A DNA stretch of 64,000 bases from positions 1,184,001 to 1,248,000 of the forward strand of contig CAWKNZ010000002.1 of NCBI GenBank assembly GCA_963851265.1, written 5' to 3'. The first letter of the stretch is position 1, and every line of letters starts with the position of its first letter. A program made the position numbers and the translations under genes. Of this stretch, positions 23,671 through 34,828 are shown one piece after another. The notes beneath the pieces were generated by a model. That model ran no database searches. It saw nothing but the letters and a program-made list of their open reading frames with translations, and was not told the DNA's origin. The DNA is from an uncultured Gemmatimonadales bacterium (GTDB lineage Bacteria; Gemmatimonadota; Gemmatimonadetes; Gemmatimonadales; Gemmatimonadaceae).

Positions 23671-25938
23671 ATGATGCAACGCGTAGAACGCACCTTCGCC
23701 GGCCGCCGCCTCGTGATCGAGACGGGCCGCATGGCGAAGCAGGCGGCCGGCTCGGCCCTCGTCCAGTACGGCGACACGATGGTGCTCGCCACGGTGACGG
23801 TGAGCGACAACCAGAGCACGCTTCCGTTCTTCCCCCTCACGGTCGAATACCGTGAGAAGACCTACGCCGCGGGCAAGATCCCCGGTGGCTACATCAAGCG
23901 CGAGACGCGCCCCGCCGACGCCGAGATCCTGTCGGCCCGGATCATCGACCGGTCGATCCGCCCGCTCTTTCCCGAGGGCTTCAAGAACGAAGTCCAGGTC
24001 TTCGTCTACGTCATCTCCGCCGACCAGGAGAACGACCCCGACGTTCTCGCCCTGGTCGCGACGAGCTACGCGCTGAACGCCTCACGTGTGCCGTTCCTCG
24101 GCCCGATCGCCGGAGTTCGCGTCGGGCGCGTGCAGGGCAGCTGGATCCTCAACCCGACGTTCCAGCAGCTGCAGTACAGCGACCTCGAACTCGTCGTCGC
24201 GGGCTCGCAGGACTCGATCGTGATGGTCGAGGGCGGCGCGCTGGAAGTGAGCGAGGACGACGTCGTGCAGGCCCTCACCGTCGGGCACAACGGAATCCGC
24301 GAGCTCATCGACGCCCAGCGCGAACTGCTCGGCAAGGCCGGGCAGGTCGAGAAGATGGCGTGGAGCAAGGCCGAGATCCCCGAAGCCGTCACCGCCCGCG
24401 TGAAGGAGCTCGCCGAAGGCCGGATCGCCGAGGCGATCAATCAGGCCGACAAGGCGAGTCGCGTGCAGGCCGTCGACGCTGTCAAGAAGGCCGTGAAGGA
24501 GCAGCTGCTCCCCGAACTGCCCGACAACTCGAAGGACCTCGGCGCGATCCTCGGCGATATCGAGTACAACGCGCTCCGCGGTCAGGTGCTCGACACCGGC
24601 CTTCGCGTCGATGGGCGCAAGCCCAACGAGGTCCGCGCGATCTCGATCGATACGGGCCTCCTCCCGCGCGCGCACGGGTCGGCGCTGTTCACCCGCGGCC
24701 AGACGCAAGCGCTCGTCGCGGTCACGTTAGGCACGGCCAACGACGTCCAGCGCCTCGACTCCGTGAACGACGCGGCCGAGACGACCAAGTCGTTCATGCT
24801 GCATTACAACTTCCCGCCGTTCTCGACCGGCGAGGTCCGCCCGGTGCGCGGCACGAGCCGCCGCGAGATCGGGCACGGCAACCTCGCCGAGCGCGCCCTG
24901 CAGGGCGTGCTCCCCGAGTTCGAGCAATTCCCGTATACGGTACGCATCGTCTCCGACGTCCTCGAGAGCAACGGCTCGTCGTCGATGGCGTCGGTGTGCG
25001 GCGGTTCGCTCGCCCTGTTCGACGCCGGCGTGCCGATGCGCGCGGCGGTCGCCGGTGTGGCGATGGGCCTCATCAAGGAAGGCGAGCGGTACGCGGTCCT
25101 CACCGACATCCTCGGCACCGAGGACCACCTCGGCGACATGGACTTCAAGGTCGCGGGGACGGCGGCGGGCATCACCTCGATCCAGATGGACATCAAGATC
25201 GAGGGGCTCGACCTCCAGATCCTGACGGAAGCGCTGACGCAGGCCAAGGAAGGTCGCCTGCACATCCTCGGCGAGATGGACAAGGCGCTCGCGGCACCGC
25301 GCGCCGAGATGTCGGCGTACGCGCCCCGCATCGTCACGATCCAGATCAGCCCCGAGAAGATCGGCGATCTCATCGGTCCCAAGGGCAAGACGATCCGCGG
25401 CATTCAGGAAGAGACCAAGACCGAAGTCACGGTCGACGACACGGGCCTCGTCACGATTGCGGCCGTCGGCGCCGAATCGATGGACCGTGCGAAGCAGATG
25501 GTCGTCGCGCTCACCGCGGAGCCGATCGTCGGCGACGTGTACGAGGGGACGGTCAAGAGCACGACGGCGTTCGGCGCGTTCATCGAGATCATGCCGGGCA
25601 CCGAAGCGCTGCTGCACATCTCCGAGATGAAGCACGGCCGCGTCGAAAAGACCGAGGACGTGGTCAAGAAGGGCGACACGGTGAAGGTGAAGCTGATCGA
25701 GCGCGACGAGCGCGGGCGCCTGCGCCTTTCGATGAAGGCACTCGAGCCGAAGCCGGAAGGGATGACCGAGTCCGACGGCAACGGGAACGGCGCGGGCGGC
25801 GACGCCGACGGCCGCGGCGAGCGCCCGGCACGGTCTGGGAGCGACCGCGGCGGCCGCGACCGCGGTCCGCGCGGAGAAGGCTCGCGCGGGGAAAGCTCGC
25901 GCGGCGAGGCCCGCAGTGGGGGCCGCGATCGCGAGTGA
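23671..25938 (+). CDS. pnp: Polyribonucleotide nucleotidyltransferase
   Basis: ETGRMAKQA, DRSIRPLFP, HGSALFTRGQTQ, ESNGSSSMASVCG, EDHLGDMDFKVAG, KH and S1 domains. Confidence 0.98.
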   Translation: MMQRVERTFAGRRLVIETGRMAKQAAGSALVQYGDTMVLATVTVSDNQSTLPFFPLTVEYREKTYAAGKIPGGYIKRETRPADAEILSARIIDRSIRPLFPEGFKNEVQVFVYVISADQENDPDVLALVATSYALNASRVPFLGPIAGVRVGRVQGSWILNPTFQQLQYSDLELVVAGSQDSIVMVEGGALEVSEDDVVQALTVGHNGIRELIDAQRELLGKAGQVEKMAWSKAEIPEAVTARVKELAEGRIAEAINQADKASRVQAVDAVKKAVKEQLLPELPDNSKDLGAILGDIEYNALRGQVLDTGLRVDGRKPNEVRAISIDTGLLPRAHGSALFTRGQTQALVAVTLGTANDVQRLDSVNDAAETTKSFMLHYNFPPFSTGEVRPVRGTSRREIGHGNLAERALQGVLPEFEQFPYTVRIVSDVLESNGSSSMASVCGGSLALFDAGVPMRAAVAGVAMGLIKEGERYAVLTDILGTEDHLGDMDFKVAGTAAGITSIQMDIKIEGLDLQILTEALTQAKEGRLHILGEMDKALAAPRAEMSAYAPRIVTIQISPEKIGDLIGPKGKTIRGIQEETKTEVTVDDTGLVTIAAVGAESMDRAKQMVVALTAEPIVGDVYEGTVKSTTAFGAFIEIMPGTEALLHISEMKHGRVEKTEDVVKKGDTVKVKLIERDERGRLRLSMKALEPKPEGMTESDGNGNGAGGDADGRGERPARSGSDRGGRDRGPRGEGSRGESSRGEARSGGRDRE

Positions 25939-27221
25939 CGCTTCTCACGGCACGGGGCGCGTCGGCTGACGCCGACGTCCCCCCGCGCCGCACGACGCTG
26001 CCTAACGGACTGACCGTACTTTCGGCCCGCGTGCCGAGGGTGCGGTCGGTTGCGTTCGGCGCGTTCGTGCGCGCGGGATCGCTGCACGAGAGCCGCGCGA
26101 CGATGGGCGTGGCACACCTGCTCGAGCACATGGTCTTCAAGGGCACGCCGACGCGCACCGCGCGGCAGCTCTCGCTCGACGTCGAAACGCTCGGCGGCTC
26201 GCTCGACGCGTACACCACCCGCGAGTACACGTCGTATCAGGCGCGCGTGCTCGCCGACGACGTGCGCGTAGCCGCCGATGTGATCGGGGACCTCGTCTTC
26301 CGCCCGCTGCTGCGCGACGAGGACCTCGCGCTCGAGCGGAACGTGATCCTCGAAGAGATCGGGACGATGGAAGACACCCCCGACGACCTCGTGTTCGAGC
26401 TGCACAACGCCCTGCTCTGGGGCGACCACCCGCACGGCTACTCGATTCTCGGCACGCGCGAATCCGTCGGGGCGCTCACGGGAGACGACCTGCGCGCGCT
26501 GCACGCGCGGGCGTACCACCCCGGCCAGATAATCGTCGCCGCGGCCGGTGCGGTCGAGCACGACGAGCTGGTGGAGGTGCTGCGTGCGACCGGGTGGGGC
26601 GACGTACCGGCGGGCGACCCCGCGCCGCTCGTCACCATCGCACCGCGATTCGAGCCGCCCGCGTACAAGCACGTGCCGAACCGCGAGCTGACGCAGACCC
26701 ACGTCGTCTTCGGCGCGCCGGGCGTGTCACACGCCGACCCCCGTCGCGATGCGCTGGCGCTGGTCAGCACCGTCCTCGGCGGCGGGATGAGCTCGCGCCT
26801 GTTCCAGACCGTTCGCGAGGAGCTCGGGCTCGCGTACACGGTCCAGACGACCCAGTCGGTGCACGCCGACGCCGGTACCCACGGCGTGTACTTCGCGAGC
26901 GCGGCCAAGACGGCGCGGAAGGCGGCCGACGCCGTGCGTCGCGAGTACGCGCGGTTACACAGCGAGGGGCTGCCGGACGCGGAACTGGACGCAGCCAAAC
27001 GACAGATCCGCGGACAGGTGCTCCTGAGCGCGGACAGCGTGACGAACGCCATGTACCGGGCGGCCGAGACCGCGCTGTTCGAGGAGCCCTACCGGTCGCT
27101 CGACGAAGTCGTCGCGCGCATCGACGCCGTGACGCCCGACGACGTGCGGGCACTCTGCGCCGAGCTGTACGACCCCGAGCGCCAGACCGTCCTCAGTCTC
27201 GGCCCGAAGCCCGTCGCCTGA
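25935..27221 (+). CDS. M16 (pitrilysin family) zinc peptidase
   Basis: [11 protein letters not shown] (HxxEH), [28 protein letters not shown]. Confidence 0.93.
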   Translation: MTLLTARGASADADVPPRRTTLPNGLTVLSARVPRVRSVAFGAFVRAGSLHESRATMGVAHLLEHMVFKGTPTRTARQLSLDVETLGGSLDAYTTREYTSYQARVLADDVRVAADVIGDLVFRPLLRDEDLALERNVILEEIGTMEDTPDDLVFELHNALLWGDHPHGYSILGTRESVGALTGDDLRALHARAYHPGQIIVAAAGAVEHDELVEVLRATGWGDVPAGDPAPLVTIAPRFEPPAYKHVPNRELTQTHVVFGAPGVSHADPRRDALALVSTVLGGGMSSRLFQTVREELGLAYTVQTTQSVHADAGTHGVYFASAAKTARKAADAVRREYARLHSEGLPDAELDAAKRQIRGQVLLSADSVTNAMYRAAETALFEEPYRSLDEVVARIDAVTPDDVRALCAELYDPERQTVLSLGPKPVA

Positions 27222-27307
27222 GCGCCGCGGCGCGCCCGCCGGCTCGCGCCGCGTGGCTAAGTTGCGCTGGAATCGACCCACCTCCGACCCTGTTTCCGTT
27301 CCGCCCC

Positions 27308-28441
27308 ATGCTGATTGGCGTCCCGAAAGAGATCAAGACCAACGAAAACCGCGTCGCCCTCGTCCCAGCCGGGGTCGAGGCGCTCGTGAGTGCTGGCCAC
27401 GACGTGCTGGTCGAGACGGGCGCGGGAGAGGGGAGCGGGTTCTCGGACGACACGTACACCGCGGTCGGCGGTCGAATTGGCGCCGATGCGGACGCCGTGT
27501 GGGGCGAGGCCGACATGATCATGAAGGTGAAGGAGCCGATCGAACCGGAGTGGAAGCGCATTCGGCGCGGGCAGGTCCTCTTCACGTACTTCCACTTCGC
27601 GGCCGACGAACGGCTCACGCGCGCGCACCTCGATAGCGGCGCGACGTGCATCGCTTACGAGACCGTCGAGCTCCCGACGCGCGAGTTGCCGCTACTGACG
27701 CCGATGTCCGAAGTGGCGGGGCGCATGGCCGTCCAGGAAGGGGCGAAGTACCTCGAGAAGCTGTACGGCGGCCGTGGCGTGCTGCTCGGCGGCGTTCCCG
27801 GCGTGGCGCCGGCGAAGGTGGTGATCCTCGGCGGCGGCATCGTCGGCATCAACGCGGCGAAGATGGCCGCGGGGCTCGGCGCCAAGGTCCTCGTGCTCGA
27901 CATCAGCCTCGACCGCCTGCGGTACCTGTCCGACGTCATGCCCGCCAACGTGCAGCTGATCTATTCGAACCGGCAGAACGTGCTCGAGTCGATCGCCACG
28001 GCGGACCTGGTCGTTGGCGCCGTGCTGATTCCGGGCGCGAAAGCTCCGAAGCTGATTCGCCGCCCCGACCTCGCCCACATGCGTCCGGGGTCCGTGATCG
28101 TCGACGTGGCCATCGATCAGGGCGGCTGCATCGAGACCATGCACCCGACGACGCACGAGAATCCGACGTTCACGGTGGACGGCATCATCCACTACGCCGT
28201 GGCCAACATGCCGGGCGGGGTGCCGCGCACCTCGACGCTCGCGCTCACGAACGCGACGCTGCCGTACGCGCTCCAGCTCGCGAACAAGGGGTGGCGGCGC
28301 GCGCTGCAGGACAATCCCGCCCTGCGTCGCGGTCTGAACGTCGCCGACGGCCACGTGACGTATGCGGCTGTGGCGGAGGCGTTCGGGCTCGAGCACACGC
28401 CGGCGGACGACGTCCTCGCGCTCGAACCGGCTGGAGTGTGA
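27308..28441 (+). CDS. ald: Alanine dehydrogenase
   Basis: [40 protein letters not shown]. Confidence 0.97.
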   Translation: MLIGVPKEIKTNENRVALVPAGVEALVSAGHDVLVETGAGEGSGFSDDTYTAVGGRIGADADAVWGEADMIMKVKEPIEPEWKRIRRGQVLFTYFHFAADERLTRAHLDSGATCIAYETVELPTRELPLLTPMSEVAGRMAVQEGAKYLEKLYGGRGVLLGGVPGVAPAKVVILGGGIVGINAAKMAAGLGAKVLVLDISLDRLRYLSDVMPANVQLIYSNRQNVLESIATADLVVGAVLIPGAKAPKLIRRPDLAHMRPGSVIVDVAIDQGGCIETMHPTTHENPTFTVDGIIHYAVANMPGGVPRTSTLALTNATLPYALQLANKGWRRALQDNPALRRGLNVADGHVTYAAVAEAFGLEHTPADDVLALEPAGV

Positions 28442-28640
28442 CGCGCCGCGGGTGAGCGCCGCGCGGGCCGGTTGAACGGGCCGTCGGCGCGGGCTACGTT
28501 AGGGGGTCAGCGGGCCGCTCTCGGTTGCGCCCGCCTCTCCCCCGACCGCGTCTGCGCGGCGGGTCATCCCCGCGCCGTCGCCCCCGCGGCTCCCCGCACC
28601 GGGCGCGGCGCGGTCCTCGTTCCGCACTGACGCGCTCCTA

Positions 28641-29678
28641 ATGCGCTGGCCTTTCTCGAAGTCCGGGTCGCTGTTTCCCGCAAACGCAATCGCCGTAGAC
28701 CTCGGCACCGCGAACACGCTCGTCTACGTCAAGGGCGAAGGGATCGTCCTCAACGAGCCGTCGGTCGTCGCGATCGACCGCGACACGAAGCGGATGCGTG
28801 GCGTCGGCCTAGAGGCCAAGCGCATGCTTGGCCGAACGCCGGAGGGCATCATCGCGGTACGCCCGTTGAAGGACGGCGTGATCGCCGATTTCGACGTGAC
28901 CGAGAAGATGCTGCGCTACTTCCTCACGCTCGTGATCGAGAAGCACGTCTTCAAGGTCAAGCCGCGCGTGATCGTCTGCGTGCCGTCGGGCATCACGGAG
29001 GTCGAGAAGCGCGCGGTCCGCGATTCGGCGATCGGCGCCGGCGCGAAGGAGGTGTTCATGGTGTCCGAACCGATGGCTGCCGCGATCGGCGTCGGGCTCC
29101 CGGTCGAGAGCCCGACCGGCAACATGGTGATCGACATTGGCGGTGGCACGACCGAGATCGCGGTCATCGCGCTCGCGGGAATCGTCAGCGACACGTCGAT
29201 CCGCACGGGCGGCGACGAGCTCGACGTCGCGGTCGTGCAGTTCATGCGCAAGAATTACAACCTGCTGATCGGCGAGCCGACGGCGGAGCAGATCAAGATC
29301 CACATCGGGTCCGCGTATCCGACGGGCGACGAGAAGGAGATGGACGTCAAGGGGCGCGATCTGGTGTCGGGGATCCCGAAGACCGTGCGCGTGCATTCGG
29401 CCGAGATCCGCGAAGCCATCCAGGAGCCGATTCAACAGATCGTCGACGCCGTGCGGCGGGCGCTCGAGATCACGCCGCCCGAACTCGCGTCCGACATCGT
29501 CGATCGCGGCATCGTGATGACCGGCGGCGGCGCGCTGATACGCGGGCTCGATCTCATGCTGAGTCAGGAGACGGGGCTGCCGATCCACGTCGACGGCGAT
29601 CCGCTCACGTGCGTCGTTCGTGGCACGGGACGCATCCTCGATGACGAGGAGAAGTACTGGTCGGTGCTCACCACCTGA
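28641..29678 (+). CDS. mreB: Rod shape-determining protein MreB
   Basis: [31 protein letters not shown]. Confidence 0.98.
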   Translation: MRWPFSKSGSLFPANAIAVDLGTANTLVYVKGEGIVLNEPSVVAIDRDTKRMRGVGLEAKRMLGRTPEGIIAVRPLKDGVIADFDVTEKMLRYFLTLVIEKHVFKVKPRVIVCVPSGITEVEKRAVRDSAIGAGAKEVFMVSEPMAAAIGVGLPVESPTGNMVIDIGGGTTEIAVIALAGIVSDTSIRTGGDELDVAVVQFMRKNYNLLIGEPTAEQIKIHIGSAYPTGDEKEMDVKGRDLVSGIPKTVRVHSAEIREAIQEPIQQIVDAVRRALEITPPELASDIVDRGIVMTGGGALIRGLDLMLSQETGLPIHVDGDPLTCVVRGTGRILDDEEKYWSVLTT

Positions 29679-29692
29679 TCGGGAGCTGACGA

Positions 29693-31171
29693 ATGGCGGT
29701 CTCGCTGCGCGCCGGACGTCTCGAAGAACCGTCGAAGTCACGCTCGACGCGTCGCACGCGGCTGCCCGGTTCGGCACCGGCGCGCGCGCGGAGTTCGGCC
29801 GCGGTCGATTCCGTCGTGCTCGGGATCTGCGTCGGCGTTGCGCTGCTCGCGAATCTGTTGCCGTCCGTGATCCGCGACCGGACCTCGGCGGAGCTGCGTC
29901 GGACGGTGGCGGCGCCGCTCGCCGTGCTCGAACAGTGGACCGAGCTGCGCCGCGCTGCGTTCCTCTCGTACGACGACCGTGTGGCCGCGCGAGGAGCCAT
30001 CACGCGCGACGTTCAGGAGGCGGCCGCACTGCGGGAGGAGAACGCGCGCCTTCGCCAGCTCCTGGCCCTCGGCGCGCGCCTGCGGTGGGGCTTCGTCACG
30101 GCAGAGGCGGTACCGAGCCAGCAGGCGGGTGAACTGGGCAGCGCGCAGACGCTGCAGGCTTTCAAGGTGACCGTGGGCAGTCGCGCCGGGGTCGCGCTGT
30201 TCACGCCGGTGATCGCGCCGGCAGGCCTCGTCGGGATGGTCCAGCAGGTCGACCCCGTGCGCAGCCAGGTCATCTCGTACGCACACCCCGACTTCCGCGT
30301 CAGCGCACAGGCGGACTCGGCGTACGGCATCGTGCAGCCGCACCTCGGCTCGGGCGCGGAACGTGGACTGCTCGAGTTGCACGGCGTCGCGTTTCGGAGC
30401 CCGCTCAAAGCCGGCCAGGCGGTCATCAGCTCGGGGCTCGGCGGCACGTATCCGGCCGGGATTCCGATCGGGACAGTCATCCGCGAGATCCAGACGCCCG
30501 AGCGCTGGGCGCGAACGTACCTCCTTCAACCGGCGGTGAACCTCGCGGAGGTCGGCCCGGTGCTGCTCCTGCTGCGCGCGCGCGCCGACGCCGGGCTCGA
30601 TTCGGTCTGGTCGTCGGTGCACGCCGTCGACGTGACGTCGCGTCGCGTGGCCGCGGCGGGCGACTCGATCCAGCGCGAGGAGCTCGCGCGCGAGGCGGCG
30701 GCGCGGCGTGCGGCGCTCGACTCGACTCGTGGCGACAGCGCGCGCCGCGACTCGACCGCCGCCGCGACGCGAGACGGCGCCACGCGCGTCGACTCGGCCG
30801 CGCCGGCGACGCCGGCGCGGTCCGAGGGCGACGTGCGTCCGGCGGCGCCACGCCCGGTCGCGCCGCGCACGGCGGCGCCGCGCTCCGGCGATGCAGCCAC
30901 CGGCGATGCGCGGCCCAACGACGGGCGAGGTGAAGCGGGTACGGGATCCGACGCGGCGTCGCGCACCGCGACCGCGGGTGCGAGCGGCGCGCGCGCGGAC
31001 TCCGGTCACGCCCGGCCGCCGCGCCCAACGGTTCCGCTTCTCGGCGCGACTCCGTCGGGTGCGGGCATCGGGACCGCGTCGAGCGCGCCGCGTTCCCGGC
31101 CGCGTACGTCGCCCGCGGGCTCTGCGGCGCGGGCACGCGGTGACAGCGCCGCGCGCGGACCGCGTCCGTGA
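29693..31171 (+). CDS. mreC: Rod shape-determining protein MreC with long low-complexity C-terminal tail
   Basis: TM helix, LREENARLRQLL coiled coil, GLVG, SSGLGGTYPAGIPIG; lies between mreB and mreD. Confidence 0.9.
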   Translation: MAVSLRAGRLEEPSKSRSTRRTRLPGSAPARARSSAAVDSVVLGICVGVALLANLLPSVIRDRTSAELRRTVAAPLAVLEQWTELRRAAFLSYDDRVAARGAITRDVQEAAALREENARLRQLLALGARLRWGFVTAEAVPSQQAGELGSAQTLQAFKVTVGSRAGVALFTPVIAPAGLVGMVQQVDPVRSQVISYAHPDFRVSAQADSAYGIVQPHLGSGAERGLLELHGVAFRSPLKAGQAVISSGLGGTYPAGIPIGTVIREIQTPERWARTYLLQPAVNLAEVGPVLLLLRARADAGLDSVWSSVHAVDVTSRRVAAAGDSIQREELAREAAARRAALDSTRGDSARRDSTAAATRDGATRVDSAAPATPARSEGDVRPAAPRPVAPRTAAPRSGDAATGDARPNDGRGEAGTGSDAASRTATAGASGARADSGHARPPRPTVPLLGATPSGAGIGTASSAPRSRPRTSPAGSAARARGDSAARGPRP

Positions 31172-31181
31172 GGAACGCGGC

Positions 31182-31670
31182 GTGAGAGGCCTGCTTGCCC
31201 TGCGAGTGGCGTTCGTCGTGCTCGTGCTACTCGTGTTGCAGTTCACGGTGCGACCGTTCCTCGGCTGGCGCGCGCCGATCGACTTCCTCACGATCGCCGT
31301 GCTGCTCGCGGCGGTTCGCGTGCGGCCGGGCGCGGCGGCGTTGATCGGGCTCACCCTCGGGCTACTTGCCGATGCGTTGACGCCGAGTGCGTTTGGGAGC
31401 GGTGCGCTGGCACTCACGCTCGTCGCTTACGGGGCGTCGACCCTCAAGGCCGTCTTCTTTGCAGACAACGCCGCGCTCAGCGCGCTGTTCGTGTTCGCCG
31501 GGAAGTGGATCTTCGACGTCGTGTACTTGGTATCAGAGCGCCGGGTCCGCGGAGCGGAACTGCTCGTACAGCTGCTGCTCTGGTCGCCGCTCGCCGCGAC
31601 CGCGACCGCCGTGACGGCCCTGCTCCTGCTGGTCGCTTTACGCCCGGCGATCGGCCGCGCGACGGTCTGA
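31182..31670 (+). CDS. mreD: Rod shape-determining protein MreD
   Basis: Hydrophobic multi-TM; GLLADAL..FG..ALA; GAGGAA upstream of the GTG; synteny. Confidence 0.85.
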   Translation: MRGLLALRVAFVVLVLLVLQFTVRPFLGWRAPIDFLTIAVLLAAVRVRPGAAALIGLTLGLLADALTPSAFGSGALALTLVAYGASTLKAVFFADNAALSALFVFAGKWIFDVVYLVSERRVRGAELLVQLLLWSPLAATATAVTALLLLVALRPAIGRATV

Positions 31671-31731
31671 GCGCGTCGCCGTACGGCGACGGCCACAGTT
31701 CGCTTCCTGATGCTTCGGCCGTGACGCACTC

Positions 31732-33522
31732 GTGAGCTTCCTCACCAGCGACGTGGTCCGGCGCGCCCGCGCGGCGCGTCTGGTCATCCTCCTCGCGTTC
31801 CTATTCCTGGGCGCGGGCTTTTACCGCGCCCAGGTGCTCCGTCACGCCGAGTACGTGACGCAATCCGAGGAGAATCGGCTGCGCGAGATTCCGCTCCCCG
31901 CGGCGCGCGGCACCATCTACGACCGCAACGGCAAGGTCATCGCGGAGAACCTGCCGGGCTACACGGTCTCGATCCTCGCCCCGAGCGCGGATTCGCTGCG
32001 CTCCGCGCTCCGTCGTCTGCAGGAGATCGTCAACGACAGCTCGCGCGGTCGCATTCCGCTGTCCGACGACGACATCGAGATCGCCGTCAAGAGATTCAAT
32101 CGCGCGCCTAACCGTCCCGCGGTGGTACTGGCGGACGCCGGGTTCCAGCCGGTCTCGATCCTCGAGGAGCACCGGAGCGAGTTTCCGGGGCTGATCATCC
32201 AGAGCACGCCGAAGCGCTGGTATCCGGACGCGGCCGCGGTGGCGCCGTTCGTGGGCTACACCGGCGAGATATCGGAGACCGAGCTGTCGTCCCCGCGCTT
32301 CGACGGGTACAAGGCCGGGATGCGCGTCGGCAAGCGCGGGCTCGAGGAGCAGTACGAGCCGACGCTGCGCGGCCGAGAGGGGTATCGCTTCGTCGAGGTC
32401 GACGCGCGCGGACGCGTCGTGCGCGAGGCCGGTGCCCGCGCCGACCAGGAGCCGGTGCCCGGCCCCGACCTGCAGACGAACATCGACATCGACCTGCAGC
32501 GCTTCGTCATGCACTACTTCGCCGATTCGTTGCAGGGCGCGGTGGTCGCGCTCGAGCCGAAGACGGGCGGAGTCCTGGCGCTGTACTCCGGGCCGAGCTA
32601 CGACCCGAATCGGTTCACCGGAGGCATCCCCAAGAGCTACTGGGATTCTCTCAACACGAATCCCAAGCGGCCGCTGTACAACAAGGCGGTGCAGGGCCGG
32701 TACCCGCCCGCGTCGACGTTCAAGCTCGCGACCGCCGTTCTCGGTTTGCAGAGCGGCGTGGTGAAGCTGACCGACCACATGCCGCAACCTTGCACGGGCG
32801 GGTTCACCTTCGGGCGGTACTGGCGATGCTGGAACAAGCATGGCCACGGCGATCTCAACTTGTCGCGCGCGATCGAAACGTCGTGCGACGTCTACTTCTA
32901 CCAGCTCGGGCTCAAGATCGGGCTGCGCAACCTCGTCGCGGGTGGAGTCTCGCTCCGGTTCGGCGATCGGAGCGGCATCGACCTCCCCAGCGAGACCAAA
33001 CCCGAATTTCCATACGCGCTCGACTACTACCGGCGCAAGTTCCCGCGCGGGTTCGTTCCGGCTTCCGAGGCACTGAACATCGCGATCGGCCAGGGCTCGG
33101 ACGCGCAGACCGTCGTGAACATGGCGAAGTTCTACGCGGCGCTCGCGAACGACGGGACGATGCCGCAGCCGTCGCTCGTCCGGCGGGTGACGCCGCGGCA
33201 GCGAGTGTTCCAGCTTGCCGACACCGACATGGCGGGTGTGCGCAACGCACTCGCTGGCGTACTCGAGCGCGGCACCGCACGGAGTGCGCAGCTGCAGGGC
33301 GTCGCGATCGCCGGCAAGACCGGGACGGCGCAGAACCCGCCTAACCCCGATCACGCGTGGTTCGTCGGGTTCGCCCCGGCCGACGACCCGAAGATCGTCG
33401 TGGCCGTGTTCCTCGAGTACGGCCTGCACGGTGACCACGCCGCGCGCGTGGCGAGCAAGATCATCGAAGCCTACCTCAAGAAGCCGATGGTCACCTCCGA
33501 CGCCGTGGTTCAGGGCGAATGA
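31732..33522 (+). CDS. mrdA: Penicillin-binding protein 2
   Basis: RGTIYDRNG, YPPASTFK (SxxK), SCDVYFY, KTGTAQ. Confidence 0.96.
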   Translation: MSFLTSDVVRRARAARLVILLAFLFLGAGFYRAQVLRHAEYVTQSEENRLREIPLPAARGTIYDRNGKVIAENLPGYTVSILAPSADSLRSALRRLQEIVNDSSRGRIPLSDDDIEIAVKRFNRAPNRPAVVLADAGFQPVSILEEHRSEFPGLIIQSTPKRWYPDAAAVAPFVGYTGEISETELSSPRFDGYKAGMRVGKRGLEEQYEPTLRGREGYRFVEVDARGRVVREAGARADQEPVPGPDLQTNIDIDLQRFVMHYFADSLQGAVVALEPKTGGVLALYSGPSYDPNRFTGGIPKSYWDSLNTNPKRPLYNKAVQGRYPPASTFKLATAVLGLQSGVVKLTDHMPQPCTGGFTFGRYWRCWNKHGHGDLNLSRAIETSCDVYFYQLGLKIGLRNLVAGGVSLRFGDRSGIDLPSETKPEFPYALDYYRRKFPRGFVPASEALNIAIGQGSDAQTVVNMAKFYAALANDGTMPQPSLVRRVTPRQRVFQLADTDMAGVRNALAGVLERGTARSAQLQGVAIAGKTGTAQNPPNPDHAWFVGFAPADDPKIVVAVFLEYGLHGDHAARVASKIIEAYLKKPMVTSDAVVQGE

Positions 33523-34793
33523 CGGCACGTTCGGGTGGGCTGACGGCGCGACGGGGGATCTCGGACTGGACGTTCGTCAGCCTCGGCATCCTGCTCTCGA
33601 TCTACGGGATCGCGATGGTGTACTCCGCCGGCCAGACCGACGTGCCGATCGCGGTGGTCGCGGGGGCGTGGAAGCGTCAGATGCTCTGGTTCGCGCTGTC
33701 CCTCCCCGCGGCCTACATCGTGAGCCGCGCGAGTATGCGGCTCATCGAATGGATCTCCTGGCCGGCGTACCTGTTCGGACTCTTCCTCCTCGCGGTCACG
33801 CTCGTGTTCGGCTCGGGCGCGGGAACCGCGGCGAGCGTGAAGGGGTGGCTCACGATCGGGGGCGTCCGGCTCGGTCAGCCGTCAGAGCTGGCGAAGCCGC
33901 TGACGGTACTCCTGCTCGCGCGCGTCCTCACGGAGCGGCGAGAAGACCCGAAATGGATCATGGACCTCTGGCGACCGCTGCTGGCCGTCGGCGTTCCGTG
34001 GCTGCTGATCATGCTGCAGCCGGACCTCGGCTCCGGACTCGCGTTCATCGGCATCCTGTTCGCGATGCTGTTTTGGGCGGGCGTACCGTGGCCGATGATC
34101 ATCCTGCTCGCGAGCCCCGGCGTGAGCCTGGTGCTGTCGTTCAACACGACGTTGTGGGGCGCGTGGTTCTTCGTGTTGATCGCGATCGTGTTCTACTACA
34201 AGCCGTACCTGCTGGAGGGCGTGGCCCTCATGGTCCTGAACATCGGGACGGGGCTGGCTTCGCAGCCGTTCTGGGACAAGCTGAAGCCGTATCAGCAGAA
34301 GCGCTTGATGGTGTTCCTCGATCCGCAGAACGATCCGCGCGCGTCGGGCTACCACGTGATCCAGTCGCAGGTCGCGATCGGCTCGGGCGGCTGGGTCGGC
34401 AAGGGGTGGACGCAAGGCACGCAAAAGCGACTCGCGTTCCTCCCGGCGCAGCACACCGACTTCATCTGGGCGGTCGTCGGCGAGGAGCTCGGCTTCGTTG
34501 GCGTGACGGTCGGGCTCGCGCTGTTTCTGGCGCTGCTGATGCGCGGCACGCGCATCGCGTCACGCGCCACCGACCCGTTCGCCTCACTCGCGGCGTTCGG
34601 GCTCGTGTCGATCTGGTTCGTGCACATCCTGGTGAACGTCGGCATGACGCTCAACCTGATGCCGATCACCGGAATTCCACTGCCCTTCTTCAGCTACGGC
34701 GGCTCGTCGCTGCTCATCAGCTGGTTGATGATCGGCCTGCTGGTACGCATAGCGAGCGAGGGCAGGGGGCGCACGGACGCGGTGACGGTGTAA
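33519..34793 (+). CDS. rodA: SEDS peptidoglycan glycosyltransferase RodA
   Basis: QPSELAK, QPDLG, GYHVIQS..AIGSGG, HTDFI, PITGIPLPFFSYGGSS. Confidence 0.96.
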   Translation: MTARSGGLTARRGISDWTFVSLGILLSIYGIAMVYSAGQTDVPIAVVAGAWKRQMLWFALSLPAAYIVSRASMRLIEWISWPAYLFGLFLLAVTLVFGSGAGTAASVKGWLTIGGVRLGQPSELAKPLTVLLLARVLTERREDPKWIMDLWRPLLAVGVPWLLIMLQPDLGSGLAFIGILFAMLFWAGVPWPMIILLASPGVSLVLSFNTTLWGAWFFVLIAIVFYYKPYLLEGVALMVLNIGTGLASQPFWDKLKPYQQKRLMVFLDPQNDPRASGYHVIQSQVAIGSGGWVGKGWTQGTQKRLAFLPAQHTDFIWAVVGEELGFVGVTVGLALFLALLMRGTRIASRATDPFASLAAFGLVSIWFVHILVNVGMTLNLMPITGIPLPFFSYGGSSLLISWLMIGLLVRIASEGRGRTDAVTV

Positions 34794-34828
34794 CGCAGAC
34801 GCCGCTCTCGATCGGCTTAGATTGTGGT

